DNA from: Azolla caroliniana
Lineage: Eukaryota; Plantae; Polypodiophyta
Reading direction: 5' to 3'
Assembly: GCA_043228905.1 (NCBI GenBank)
Contig: JBHGNT010000043.1
Coordinates: 148,410-212,409, forward strand
Length of the DNA: 64,000 bases
The translations under genes were made by a program, and so were the position numbers. The stretch's first letter is position 1. The number at the start of each line of letters is the position of its first letter. The notes under the pieces were generated by a model. That model was not told the origin of the DNA. It saw only the letters and a list, made by a program, of their open reading frames with translations, and made no database searches. This document shows positions 1 to 14,799 of the stretch, piece after piece.

Positions 1-2691
1 CGAGCCACGTATGAACATTTTAATTTACTCACGCGCTCTTCTCAACTCCCTCCTCAAATTTGCTAATTTCGTCATGTATCTCTACCTGAGTTTCAAAATC
101 TTAATTTTTTAATTCCATATCATAGCTAGCGTTGTTAGTTTCGATTTGCATGTTTGAACACAAAAATACGATATCACACGAGCCACGTATGAAAATTTTA
201 ATTTGGCTACTAGCTCTTCTCAACCACCTCCTCAAATTTAGTAATTTCGTCATGTCTCTCGACCTGAGTTTCAAAATCTTGATTTTTTAATTCTATATCA
301 TAGCTAGCGTTGTTAGCTTCGATTCGGAGGTTTGAACACTAAAATCCGATATCACACGAGCCACATATGAACATTTTAATTTACTCACGCGCTCTTCTCA
401 ACCACCTCCTCAAATTTGGTAATTTCGTCATGTCTCTCGACCTGAGTTTCAAAATCTTAATTTTTTAATTCCATTTCATAGCTAGCGTTGTTAGCTTCGA
501 TTCAGAGGTTTGAACACTAAAATCCGATATCACACGAGCCACGTATGAACATTTTAATTTACTCACGCGCTCTTCTCAACCACCTCCTCAAATTTGGTAA
601 TTTCTTCATGTCTCTTGACCTGAGTTTCAAAATCTTGATTTTTTAAATCCATATCATAGCTAGCGTTGTTAGCTTCGATTCGGAGGTTTGAACACTAAAA
701 TCCGATATCACACGAGCCACATATGAACATTTTAATTTAGCTACTAGCTCTTCTCAACAACCTCCTCAAATTTGGTAATTTCGTCATGTCTCTCGACCTG
801 AGTTTCAAAATCTTGATTTTTTAAATCCATATCATAGCTAGCGTTGTTAGCTTCGATTCGGAGGTTTGAACACTAAAATCCGATATGACACGAGCCACAT
901 ATGAACACTTTAATTTACTCACGCGCTCTTCTCAACCACCTCCTCAAATTTGGTAATTTCGTCATGTCTCTCGACCTGAGTTTCAAATTCTTGATTTTTT
1001 AAATCAATATCATAGCTAGCGTTGTTAGTTTCGATTCGGATGTTTGAACACGAAAATCCGATATCACACGAGCCACGTATGAAAATTTTAATTTGGCTAC
1101 TAGCTCTTCTCAACCACCTCCTCAAATTTGGTAATTTCTTCATGTCTCTTGACCTGAGTTTCAAAATCTTGGTTTTTTAATTCTATATCATAGCTAGCGT
1201 TGTTAGCTTCGATTCGGAGGTTTGAACACTAAAATCCGATATCACACGAGCCACATATGAACATTTTAATTTACTCACGCGCTCTTCTCAACCACCTCCT
1301 CAAATTTGGTAATTTCTTCATGTCTCTTGACCTGAGTTTCAAAATCTTGATTTTTTAAATCCATTTCATAGCTAGCGTTGTTAGCTTCGATTTGCATGTT
1401 TGAACACAAAAATCCGATATCACACGAGCCACGTATGAGAATTTTAATTTACTCACGCGCTCTTCTCAACTCCCTCCTCAAATTTGCTAGTTTCGTCATG
1501 TCTCTCGACCTGAGTTTCAAAATCTTGATTTTTTAATTCCATATCATAGGTAGCGTTGTCAGTTTCGATTCGGATGTTTGAACACGAAAATCCGATATCA
1601 CACGAGCCACGTATGAAAATTTTAATTTGGCTACTAGCTCTTCTCAACCACCTCCTCAAATTTGGTAATTTCGTCATGTCTCTCGACCTGAGTTTCAAAA
1701 TCTTCATTTTTTAAATCCATTTCATAGCTAGCGTTGTTAGCTTCGATTCAGAGGTTTGAACACTAAAATCCGATATCACACGAGCCACATATGAACATTT
1801 TAATTTACTCACGCGCTCTTCTCAACCACCTCCTCAAATTTGGTAATTTCGTCATGTCTCTCGACCTGAGTTTCAAAATCTTGATTTTTTAATTCCATAT
1901 CATAGGTAGCGTTGTTAGTTTCGATTCGCATGTTTGAACACAAAAATCCGATATCACACGAGCCAGGTATCAAAATTTTAATTTAGCTACTAGCTCTTCT
2001 CAACCACCTCCTCAAATTTGGTAATTTCTTCATGTCTCTCGACCTGAGTTTCAAAATCTTGGTTTTTTAATTCTATATCATAGCTAGCGTTGTTAGCTTC
2101 GATTCGGAGGTTTGAACACTAAAATCCGATATCACACGAGCCACGTATGAACATTTTAATTTACTCACGCGCTCTTCTCAACTCCCTCCTCAAATTTGCT
2201 AATTTCGTCATGTCTCTCTACCTGAGTTTCAAAATCTTGATTTTTTAATTCGATATCATAGCTAGCGTTGTTAGCTTCGATTTGCTTGTTTGAACACAGA
2301 AATCCGATATCACACGAGCCAGGTATCAACATTTTAATTTAGCTACTAGCTCTTCTCAACAACCTCCTCAAATTTGGTAATTTCCTCATGTCTCTCGACC
2401 TGAGTTACAAAATCTTCATTTTTTCATTCCATATCATAGCTAGCGTTGTTAGTTTCGATTTGCATGTTTGAACAAAGAAATTCGATATCACACGAGCCAC
2501 GTATGAACATTTTAATTTAGCTACTAGCTGTTTTGAACTCCCTCCTCAAATTTGGTAATTTCTTCATGTCTCTCGACCTGAGTTTCAAAATCTTGATTTT
2601 TTAATTCTATATCATAGCTAGCGTTGTTAGCTTCGATTCGCATGTTTGAACACAAAAATCCGATATCACACGAGCCACGTATGAACATTTA

Positions 2692-5533
2692 AATTTACTC
2701 ACGCGCTCTTCTCAACTCCTTCCTCAAATTTGCTAATTTCGTCATGTCTCTCTACCTGAGTTTCAAAATTTTGATTTTTTAATTCGATATCATAGCTAGC
2801 GTTGTTAGTTTCGATTTGCATGTTTGAACACAAAAATCCGATATCACACGAGCCACGTATGAAAATTTTAATTTACTCACGCGCTCTTCTCAACTCCCTC
2901 CTCAAATTTGCTAATTTCGTCATGTCTCTCGACCTGAGTTTCAAAATCTTGATTTTTTAATTCCATATCATAGGTAGCGTTGTCAGTTTTGATTCGGATG
3001 TTTGAACACGAAAATCCGATATCACACGAGCCACGTATGAAAATTTTAATTTGGCTACTAGCTCTTCTCAACCACCTCCTCAAATTTGGTAATTTCGTCA
3101 TGTCTCTCGACCTGAGTTTCAAAATCTTGATTTTTTAAATCCATTTCATAGCTAGCGTTGTTAGCTTCGATTCCGAGGTTTGAACACTAAAATCCGATAT
3201 CACACGAGCCACATATGAACATTTTAATTTACTCACGCGCTCTTCTCAACCACCTCCTCAAATTTGGTAATTTCGTCATGTCTCTCGACCTGAGTTTCAA
3301 AATCTTGATTTTTTAATTCCATATCATAGGTAGCGTTGTTAGTTTCGATTCGCATGTTTGAACACAAAAATCCGATATCACACGAGCCAGGTATCAACAT
3401 TTTAATTTAGCTACTAGCTCTTCTCAACCACCTCCTCAAATTTGGTAATTTCTTCATGTCTCTTGACCTGAGTTTCAAAATCTTGGTTTTTTAATTCTAT
3501 ATCATAGCTAGCGTTGTTAGCTTCGATTCGCATGTTTGAACACTAAAATCCGATATCACACGAGCCACGTATGAACATTTTAATTTACTCACGCGCTCTT
3601 CTCAACCACCTCCTCAAATTTGGTAATTTCGTCATGTCTCTCGACCTGAGTTTCAAAATCTTGATTTTTTAATTCCATATCATAGGTAGCGTTGTTAGTT
3701 TCGATTCGCATGTTTGAACACAAAAATCCGATATCACACGAGCCAGGTATCAACATTTTAATTTAGCTACTAGCTCTTCTCAACCACCTCCTCAAATTTG
3801 GTAATTTCTTCATTGCTCTTGACCTGAGTTTCAAAATCTTGGTTTTTTAATTCTATATCATAGCTAGCGTTGTTAGCTTCGATTCGCATGTTTGAACACA
3901 AAAATCCGATATCACACGAGCCACGTATGAACATTTTAATTTACTCACGCGCTCTTCTCAACTCCCTCCTCAAATTTGCTAATTTCGTCATGTATCTCTA
4001 CCTGAGTTTCAAAATCTTAATTTTTTAATTCCATATCATAGCTAGCGTTGTTAGTTTCGATTTGCATGTTTGAACACAAAAATACGATATCACACGAGCC
4101 ACGTATGAACATTTTAATTTACTCACGCGCTCTTCTCAACTCCTTCCTCAAATTTGCTAATTTCGTCATGTCTCTCTACCTGAGTTTCAAAATTTTGATT
4201 TTTTAATTCCATATCATAGCTAGCGTTGTTAGTTTCGATTTGCATGTTTGAACACAAAAATCCGATATCACACGAGCCACGTATGAAAATTTTAATTTAC
4301 TCACGCGCTCTTCTCAACTCCCTCCTCAAATTTGCTAATTTCGTCATGTCTCTCGACCTGAGTTTCAAAATCTTGATTTTTTAATTCCATATCATAGGTA
4401 GCGTTGTCAGTTTTGATTCGGATGTTTGAACACGAAAATCCGATATCACACGAGCCACGTATGAAAATTTTAATTTGGCTACTAGCTCTTCTCAACCACC
4501 TCCTCAAATTTGGTAATTTCGTCATGTCTCTCGACCTGAGTTTCAAAATCTTGATTTTTTAAATCCATTTCATAGCTAGCGTTGTTAGCTTCGATTCAGA
4601 GGTTTGAACACTAAAATCCGATATCACACGAGCCACATATGAACATTTTAATTTACTCACGCGCTCTTCTCAACCACCTCCTCAAATTTGGTAATTTCGT
4701 CATGTCTCTCGACCTGAGTTTCAAAATCTTGATTTTTTAATTCCATATCATAGGTAGCGTTGTTAGTTTCGATTCGCATGTTTGAACACAAAAATCCGAT
4801 ATCACACGAGCCAGGTATCAACATTTTAATTTAGCTACTAGCTCTTCTCAACCACCTCCTCAAATTTGGTAATTTCTTCATGTCTCTTGACCTGAGTTTC
4901 AAAATCTTGGTTTTTTAATTCTATATCATAGCTAGCGTTGTTAGCTTCGATTCGCATGTTTGAACACTAAAATCCGATATCACACGAGCCACGTATGAAC
5001 ATTTTAATTTACTCACGCGCTCTTCTCAACCACCTCCTCAAATTTGGTAATTTCGTCATGTCTCTCGACCTGAGTTTCAAAATCTTGATTTTTTAATTCC
5101 ATATCATAGGTAGCGTTGTTAGTTTCGATTCGCATGTTTGAACACAAAAATCCGATATCACACGAGCCAGGTATCAACATTTTAATTTAGCTACTAGCTC
5201 TTCTCAACCACCTCCTCAAATTTGGTAATTTCTTCATTGCTCTTGACCTGAGTTTCAAAATCTTGGTTTTTTAATTCTATATCATAGCTAGCGTTGTTAG
5301 CTTCGATTCGCATGTTTGAACACAAAAATCCGATATCACACGAGCCACGTATGAACATTTTAATTTACTCACGCGCTCTTCTCAACTCCCTCCTCAAATT
5401 TGCTAATTTCGTCATGTATCTCTACCTGAGTTTCAAAATCTTAATTTTTTAATTCCATATCATAGCTAGCGTTGTTAGTTTCGATTTGCATGTTTGAACA
5501 CAAAAATACGATATCACACGAGCCACGTATGAA
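2692..5533 (+). repeat. 8-monomer (1424 bp) higher-order tandem duplication
   Basis: Private variants recur at exactly +1424: TCCTTCC at 2717/4141, CATTGCTC at 3811/5235, and the AGTTTTGATTCGG monomer (ORFs 2877/4301). Boundaries are approximate. Confidence 0.85.
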
Positions 5534-8500
5534 AATTTTAATTTGGCTACTAGCTCTTCTCAACCACCTCCTCAAATTTAGTAATTTCGTCATGTCTCTC
5601 GACCTGAGTTTCAAAATCTTGATTTTTTAAATCCATTTCATAGCTAGCGTTGTTAGCTTCGATTCAGAGGTTTGAACACTAAAATCCGATATCACACGAG
5701 CCACATATGAACATTTTAATTTACTCACGCGCTCTTCTCAACCACCTCCTCAAATTTGGTAATTTCGTCATGTCTCTCGACCTGAGTTTCAAAATCTTGA
5801 TTTTTTAATTCCATATCATAGGTAGCGTTGTTAGTTTCGATTCGCATGTTTGAACACAAAAATCCGATATCACACGAGCCAGGTATCAACATTTTAATTT
5901 AGCTACTAGCTCTTCTCAACCACCTCCTCAAATTTGGTAATTTCTTCATGTCTCTTGACCTGAGTTTCAAAATCTTGGTTTTTTAATTCTATATCATAGC
6001 TAGCGTTGTTAGCTTCGATTCGGAGGTTTGAACACTAAAATCCGACATCACACGAGCCACATATGAATATTTTAATTTACTCACGCGCTCTTCTCAACTC
6101 CCTCCTCAAATTTGCTAATTTCGTCATGTCTCTCTACCTGAGTTTCAAAATCTTGATTTTTTAATTCCATATCATAGCTAGCGTTGTTAGTTTCGATTTG
6201 CATGTTTGAACACAAAAATCCGATATCACACGAGCCACGTATGAAAATTTTAATTTGGCTACTAGCTCTTCTCAACCACCTCCTCAAATTTAGTAATTTC
6301 GTCATGTCTCTCGACCTGAGTTTCAAAATCTTGACTTTTTAATTCCATATCATAGCTAGCGTTGTTAGTTTCGATTTGCTTGTTTGAACACAAAAATTCG
6401 ATATCACACGAGCCACGTATGAACATTTTAATTTAGCTACTAGCTCTTCTCAACCACCTCCTCAAATTTGGTAATTTCTTCATGTCTCTCGACCTGACTT
6501 TCAAAATCTTGATTTTTTAATTCTATATCATAGCTAGCGTTGTTAGCTTCGATTCGCATGTTTGAACACAAAAATCCGATATCACACGAGCCACGTATGA
6601 ACATTTTAATTTACTCACGCGCTCTTCTCAACTCCCTCCTCAAATTTGCTAATTTCGTCATGTCTCTCTACCTGAGTTTCAAAATTTTGATTTTTTAATT
6701 CCATATCATAGGTAGCGTTGTTAGCTTCGATTTGCACGTTTGAACACATAAATCCGATATAACACGAGCCAGGTATGAACATTTTAATTTACTCAAGGGC
6801 TGCTCTCAACTCCCTCCTCAAGTTTGCTAATTTCGTCATGTCTCTCGACCTGAGTTTCAAAATCTTGATTTTTTAATTCCATATCATAGGTAGCGTTGTC
6901 AGTTTCGATTCGGATGTTTGAACACGAAAATCCGATATCACACGAGCCACGTATGAAAATTTTAATTTGGCTACTAGCTCTTCTCAACCACCTCCTCAAA
7001 TTTGGTAATTTCGTCATGTCTCTCGACCTGAGTTTCAAAATCTTGATTTTTTAAATCCATTTCATAGCTAGCGTTGTTAGCTTCGATTCCGAGGTTTGAA
7101 CACTAAAATCCGATATCACACGAGCCACATATGAACATTTTAATTTACTCACGCGCTCTTCTCAACCACCTCCTCAAATTTGGTAATTTCGTCATGTCTC
7201 TCGACCTGAGTATCAAAATCTTGATTTTTTAATTCCATATCATAGGTAGCGTTGTTAGTTTCGATTCGCATGTTTGAACACAAAAATCCGATATCACACG
7301 AGCCAGGTATCAACATTTTAATTTAGCTACTAGCTCTTCTCAACCACCTCCTCAAATTTGGTAATTTCTTCATGTCTCTTGACCTGAGTTTCAAAATCTT
7401 GGTTTTTTAATTCTATATCATAGCTAGCGTTGTTAGCTTCGATTCGGAGGTTTGAACACTAAAATCCGACATCACACGAGCCACATATGAATATTTTAAT
7501 TTACTCACGCGCTCTTCTCAACTCCCTCCTCAAATTTGCTAATTTCGTCATGTCTCTCTACCTGAGTTTCAAAATCTTGATTTTTTAATTCCATATCATA
7601 GCTAGCGTTGTTAGTTTCAATTTGCATGTTTGAACACAAAAATCCGATATCACACGAGCCACGTATGAAAATTTTAATTTGGCTACTAGCTCTTCTCAAC
7701 CACCTCCTCAAATTTGGTAATTTCGTCATGTCTCTCGACCTGAGTTTCAAAATCTTGATTTTTTAATTCTATATCATAGCTAGCGTTGTTAGCTTCGATT
7801 CGGAGGTTTGAACACTAATATCCGATATGACACGAGCCACATATGAACATTTTAATTTACTCACGCGCTCTTCTCAACCACCTCCTCAAATTTGCTAATT
7901 TCGTCATGTCTCTCGACCTGAGTTTCAAAATCTTGATTTTTTAATTCCATATCATAGGTAGCGTTGTTAGTTTCGATTTGCTTGTTTGAACACAAAAATC
8001 CGATAACACACGAGCCACATATGAACATTTTAATTTAGCTACTAGCTCTTCTCAACCACCTCCTCAAATTTGGTAATTTCTTCATGTCTCTCGACCTGAC
8101 TTTCAAAATCTTGATTTTTTAATTCTATATCATAGCTAGCGTTGTTAGCTTCGATTCGCATGTTTGAACACAAAAATCCGATATCACACGAGCCACGTAT
8201 GAACATTTTAATTTACTCACGCGCTCTTCTCAACTCCCTCCTCAAATTTGCTAATTTCGTCATGTATCTCTACCTGAGTTTCAAAATCTTGATTTTTTAA
8301 TTCCATATCATAGCTAGCGTTGTTAGCTTCGATTTGCTTGTTTGAACACAGAAATCCGATATCACACGAGCCAGGTATCAACATTTTAATTTAGCTACTA
8401 GCTCTTCTCAACAACCTCCTCAAATTTGGTAATTTCCTCATGTCTCTCGACCTGAGTTTCAAAATCTTCATTTTTTAATTCCATATCATAGCTAGCGTTG

Positions 8501-8899
8501 TTAGCTTCGATTTGCATGTTTGAACACAAAAATTCGATATCACACGAGCCACGTATGAACATTTTAATTTAGCTACTAGCTCTTTTGAACTCCCTCCTCA
8601 AATTTGGTAATTTCTTCATGTCTCTCGACCTGAGTTTCAAAATCTTGATTTTTTAATTCTATATCATAGCTAGCGTTGTTAGCTTCAATTCCCATGTTTG
8701 AACACAAAAATCCGATATCACACGAGCCACGTATGAACATTTTAATTTACTCACGCGCTCTTCTCAACTCCCTCCTCAAATTTGCTAATTTCGTCATGTC
8801 TCTCTACCTGAGTTTCAAAATTTTGATTTTTTAATTCGATATCATAGCTAGCGTTGTTAGTTTCGATTTGCATGTTTGAACACAAAAATCCGATATCAC

Positions 8900-11800
8900 A
8901 CGAGCCACGTATGAAAATTTTAATTTACTCACGCGCTCTTCTCAACTCCCTCCTCAAATTTGCTAATTTCGTCATGTCTCTCTACCTGAGTTTCAAAATT
9001 TTGATTTTTTAATTCGATATCATAGCTAGCGTTGTTAGTTTCGATTTGCATGTTTGAACACAAAAATCCGATATCACACGAGCCACGTATGAAAATTTTA
9101 ATTTACTCACGCGCTCTTCTCAACTCCCTCCTCAAATTTGCTAATTTCGTCATGTCTCTCGACCTGAGTTTCAAAATCTTGATTTTTTAATTCCATATCA
9201 TAGGTAGCGTTGTCAGTTTCGATTCGGATGTTTGAACACGAAAATCCGATATCACACGAGCCACGTATGAAAATTTTAATTTGGCTACTAGCTCTTCTCA
9301 ACCACCTCCTCAAATTTGGTAATTTCGTCATGTCTCTCGACCTGAGTTTCAAAATCTTGATTTTTTAAATCCATTTCATAGCTAGCGTTGTTAGCTTCGA
9401 TTCAGAGGTTTGAACACTAAAATCCGATATCACACGAGCCACATATGAACATTTTAATTTACTCACGCGCTCTTCTCAACCACCTCCTCAAATTTGGTAA
9501 TTTCGTCATGTCTCTCGACCTGAGTTTCAAAATCTTGATTTTTTAATTCCATATCATAGGTAGCGTTGTTAGTTTCGATTCGCATGTTTGAACACAAAAA
9601 TCCGATATCACACGAGCCAGGTATCAACATTTTAATTTAGCTACTAGCTCTTCTCAACCACCTCCTCAAATTTGGTAATTTCTTCATGTCTCTTGACCTG
9701 AGTTTCAAAATCTTGGTTTTTTAATTCTATATCATAGCTAGCGTTGTTAGCTTCGATTCGGAGGTTTGAACACTAAAATCCGACATCACACGAGCCACAT
9801 ATGAATATTTTAATTTACTCACGTGCTCTTCTCAACTCCCTCCTCAAATTTGCTAATTTCGTCATGTCTCTCTACCTGAGTTTCAAAATCTTGATTTTTT
9901 AATTCCATATCATAGCTAGCGTTGTTAGTTTCGATTTGCATGTTTGAACACAAAAATCCGATATCACACGAGCCACATATGAACATTTTAATTTAGCTAC
10001 TAGCTCTTCTCAACAACCTCCTCAAATTTGGTAATTTCCTCATGTCTCTCGACCTGAGTTTCAAAATCTTCATTTTTTAATTCCATATCATAGCTAGCGT
10101 TGTTAGCTTCGATTTGCATGTTTGAACACAGAAATTCGATATCACATGAGCCACGTATGAACATTTTAATTTAGCTACTAGCTCTTTTGAACTCCCTCCT
10201 CAAATTTGGTAATTTCTTCATGTCTCTCGACCTGAGTTTCAAAATCTTGATTTTTTAATTCTATATCATAGCTAGCGTTGTTAGCTTCAATTCCCATGTT
10301 TGAACACAAAAATCCGATATCACACGAGCCACGTATGAACATTTTAATTTACTCACGCGCTCTTCTCAACTCCCTCCTCAAATTTGCTAATTTCGTCATG
10401 TCTCTCTACCTGAGTTTCAAAATTTTGATTTTTTAATTCGATATCATAGCTAGCGTTGTTAGTTTCGATTTGCATGTTTGAACACAAAAATCCGATATCA
10501 CACGAGCCACGTATGAAAATTTTAATTTACTCACGCGCTCTTCTCAACTCCCTCCTCAAATTTGCTAATTTCGTCATGTCTCTCTACCTGAGTTTCAAAA
10601 TTTTGATTTTTTAATTCGATATCATAGCTAGCGTTGTTAGTTTCGATTTGCATGTTTGAACACTAATATCCGATATGACACGAGCCACATATGAACATTT
10701 TAATTTACTCACGCGCTCTTCTCAACCACCTCCTCAAATTTGGTAATTTCGTCATGTCTCTCGACCTGAGTTTCAAAATCTTGATTTTTTAATTCCATAT
10801 CATAGCTAGCGTTGTTAGTTTCGATTTGCTTGTTTGAACACAAAAATCCGATATCACACGAGCCACATATGAACATTTTAATTTAGCTACTAGCTCTTCT
10901 CAACCACCTCCTCAAATTTGGTAATTTCTTCATGTCTCTCGACCTGACTTTCAAAATCTTGATTTTCTAATTCTATATCATAGCTAGCGTTGTTAGCTTC
11001 GATTCGCATGTTTGAACACAAAAATCCGATATCACACGAGCCACGTATGAACATTTTAATTTACTCACGCGCTCTTCTCAACTCCCTCCTCAAATTTGCT
11101 AATTTCGTCATGTATCTCTACCTGAGTTTCAAAATCTTAATTTTTTAATTCCATATCATAGCTAGCGTTGTTAGTTTCGATTTGCATGTTTGAACACAAA
11201 AATACGATATCACACGAGCCACGTATGAAAATTTTAATTTGGCTACTACCTCTTCTCAACCACCTCCTCAAATTTAGTAATTTCGTCATGTCTCTCGACC
11301 TGACTTTCAAAATCTTGATTTTCTAATTCTATATCATAGCTAGCGTTGTTAGCTTCGATTCGCATGTTTGAACACAAAAATCCGATATCACACGAGCCAC
11401 GTATGAACATTTTAATTTACTCACGCGCTCTTCTCAACTCCCTCCTCAAATTTGCTAATTTCGTCATGTCTCTCTACCTGAGTTTCAAAATTTTGATTTT
11501 TTAATTCGATATCATAGCTAGCGTTGTTAGTTTCGATTTGCATGTTTGAACACAAATATCCGATATCACACGAGCCACGTATGAAAATTTTAATTTACTC
11601 ACGCGCTCTTCTCAACTCCCTCCTCAAATTTGCTAATTTCGTCATGTCTCTCGACCTGAGTTTCAAAATCTTGATTTTTTAATTCCATATCATAGGTAGC
11701 GTTGTCAGTTTCGATTCGGATGTTTGAACACGAAAATCCGATATCACACGAGCCACGTATGAAAATTTTAATTTGGCTACTAGCTCTTCTCAACCACCTC

Positions 11801-13950
11801 CTCAAATTTGGTAATTTCGTCATGTCTCTCGACCTGAGTTTCAAAATCTTGATTTTTTAAATCCATTTCATAGCTAGCGTTGTTAGCTTCGATTCAGAGG
11901 TTTGAACACTAAAATCCGATATCACACGAGCCACATATGAACATTTTAATTTACTCACGCGCTCTTCTCAACCACCTCCTCAAATTTGGTAATTTCGTCA
12001 TGTCTCTCGACCTGAGTTTCAAAATCTTGATTTTTTAATTCCATATCATAGGTAGCGTTGTTAGTTTCGATTCGCATGTTTGAACACAAAAATCCGATAT
12101 CACACGAGCCAGGTATCAACATTTTAATTTAGCTACTAGCTCTTCTCAACCACCTCCTCAAATTTGGTAATTTCTTCATGTCTCTTGACCTGAGTTTCAA
12201 AATCTTGGTTTTTTAATTCTATATCATAGCTAGCGTTGTTAGCTTCGATTCGGAGGTTTGAACACTAAAATCCGACATCACACGAGCCACATATGAATAT
12301 TTTAATTTACTCACGTGCTCTTCTCAACTCCCTCCTCAAATTTGCTAATTTCGTCATGTCTCTCTACCTGAGTTTCAAAATCTTGATTTTTTAATTCCAT
12401 ATCATAGCTAGCGTTGTTAGTTTCGATTTGCATGTTTGAACACAAAAATCCGATATCACACGAGCCACATATGAACATTTTAATTTAGCTACTAGCTCTT
12501 CTCAACAACCTCCTCAAATTTGGTAATTTCCTCATGTCTCTCGACCTGAGTTTCAAAATCTTCATTTTTTAATTCCATATCATAGCTAGCGTTGTTAGCT
12601 TCGATTTGCATGTTTGAACACAGAAATTCGATATCACACGAGCCACGTATGAACATTTTAATTTAGCTACTAGCTCTTTTGAACTCCCTCCTCAAATTTG
12701 GTAATTTCTTCATGTCTCTCGACCTGAGTTTCAAAATCTTGATTTTTTAATTCTATATCATAGCTAGCGTTGTTAGCTTCAATTCCCATGTTTGAACACA
12801 AAAATCCGATATCACACGAGCCACGTATGAACATTTTAATTTACTCACGCGCTCTTCTCAACTCCCTCCTCAAATTTGCTAATTTCGTCATGTCTCTCTA
12901 CCTGAGTTTCAAAATTTTGATTTTTTAATTCGATATCATAGCTAGCGTTGTTAGTTTCGATTTGCATGTTTGAACACAAAAATCCGATATCACACGAGCC
13001 ACGTATGAACATTTTAATTTACTCACGCGCTCTTCTCAACTCCCTCCTCAAATTTGCTAATTTCGTCATGTCTCTCTACCTGAGTTTCAAAATTTTGATT
13101 TTTTAATTCGATATCATAGCTAGCGTTGTTAGTTTCGATTTGCATGTTTGAACACAAAAATCCGATATCACACGAGCCACGTATGAAAATTTTAATTTAC
13201 TCACGCGCTCTTCTCAACTCCCTCCTCAAATTTGCTAATTTCGTCATGTCTCTCTACCTGAGTTTCAAAATTTTGACTTTTTAATTCGATATCATAGCTA
13301 GCGTTGTTAGTTTCGATTTGCATGTTTGAACACAAATATCCGATATCACACGAGCCACGTATGAAAATTTTAATTTACTCACGCGCTCTTCTCAACTCCC
13401 TCCTCAAATTTGCTAATTTCGTCATGTCTCTCGACCTGAGTTTCAAAATCTTGATTTTTTAATTCCATATCATAGGTAGCGTTGTCAGTTTCGATTCGGA
13501 TGTTTGAACACGAAAATCCGATATCACACGAGCCACGTATGAAAATTTTAATTTGGCTACTAGCTCTTCTCAACCACCTCCTCAAATTTGGTAATTTCGT
13601 CATGTCTCTCGACCTGAGTTTCAAAATCTTGATTTTTTAAATCCATTTCATAGCTAGCGTTGTTAGCTTCGATTCAGAGGTTTGAACACTAAAATCCGAT
13701 ATCACACGAGCCACATATGAACATTTTAATTTACTCACGCGCTCTTCTCAACCACCTCCTCAAATTTGGTAATTTCGTCATGTCTCTCGACCTGAGTTTC
13801 AAAATCTTGATTTTTTAATTCCATATCATAGGTAGCGTTGTTAGTTTCGATTCGCATGTTTGAACACAAAAATCCGATATCACACGAGCCAGGTATCAAC
13901 ATTTTAATTTAGCTACTAGCTCTTCTCAACCACCTCCTCAAATTTGGTAA
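8900..13950 (+). repeat. Nested duplications with 14-, 10- and 9-monomer offsets
   Basis: ACGTGCTC at 9821/12313 and AATTCCCATG at 10289/12781 are 2492 apart. ORF-marked monomers at 11599/13379 are 1780 apart. AATTCCCATG at 8687/10289 is 1602 apart. Boundaries are approximate. Confidence 0.7.
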
Positions 13951-14799
13951 TTTCGTCATGTCTCTCGACCTGAGTTTCAAAATCTTGATTTTCTAATTCC
14001 ATATCATAGCTAGCGTTGTTAGCTTCGATTCAGAGGTTTGAACACTAAAATCCGATATCACACGAGCCACATATGAACATTTTAATTTACTCACGCGCTC
14101 TTCTCAACCACCTCCTCAAATTTGGTAATTTCGTCATGTCTCTCGACCTGAGTTTCAAAATCTTGATTTTTTAATTCCATATCATAGCTAGCGTTGTTAG
14201 TTTCGATTTGCATGTTTGAACACAAAAATCTGATATCACACGAGCCACGTATGAACATTTTAATTTACTCACGCGCTCTTGTCAACTCCCTCCTCAAATT
14301 TGCTAATTTCGTCATGTCTCTCTACCTGAGTTTCAAAATTTTGATTTTTTAATTCGATATCATAGCTAGCGTTGTTAGCTTCGATTCGGAGGTTTGAACA
14401 CTAAAATCCGATATGACACGAGCCACATATGAACATTTTAATTTACTCACGCGCTCTTCTCAACCACCTCCTCAAATTTGGTAATTTCGTCATGTCTCTC
14501 GACCTGAGTTTCACAATTTTGATTTTTTAATTCCATATCATAGGTAGCGTTGTTAGTTTCGATTTGCTTGTTTGAACACAAAAATCCGATATCACACGAG
14601 CCACATATGAACATTTTAATTTAGCTACTAGCTCTTCTCAACCACCTCCTCAAATTTGGTAATTTCTTCATGTCTCTTGACCTGAGTTTCAAAATCTTGG
14701 TTTTTTAATTCTATATCATAGCTAGCGTTGTTAGCTTCGATTCGCATGTTTGAACACAAAAATCCGATATCACACGAGCCACGTATGAACATTTTAATT

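Noticed and set aside
1-178. Identification as Arabidopsis CEN178/CEN180 or primate alpha satellite
   Set aside because: Only the length is similar, and I do not recognise the sequence as either. Family assignment needs a BLAST, Dfam or PlantSat search.
245-335. CENP-B box
   Set aside because: TTCG occurs, but the required downstream A..CGGG of NTTCGNNNNANNCGGGN is missing at both sites examined.
315-340. tRNA T-loop / Pol III B-box-like motifs (TTCGATTC, and GTTCAAAC on the minus strand)
   Set aside because: The match to GGTTCGANTCC is only partial, with no flanking stem, cloverleaf or convincing A-box. tRNA or SINE ancestry is unsupported without a covariance-model search.
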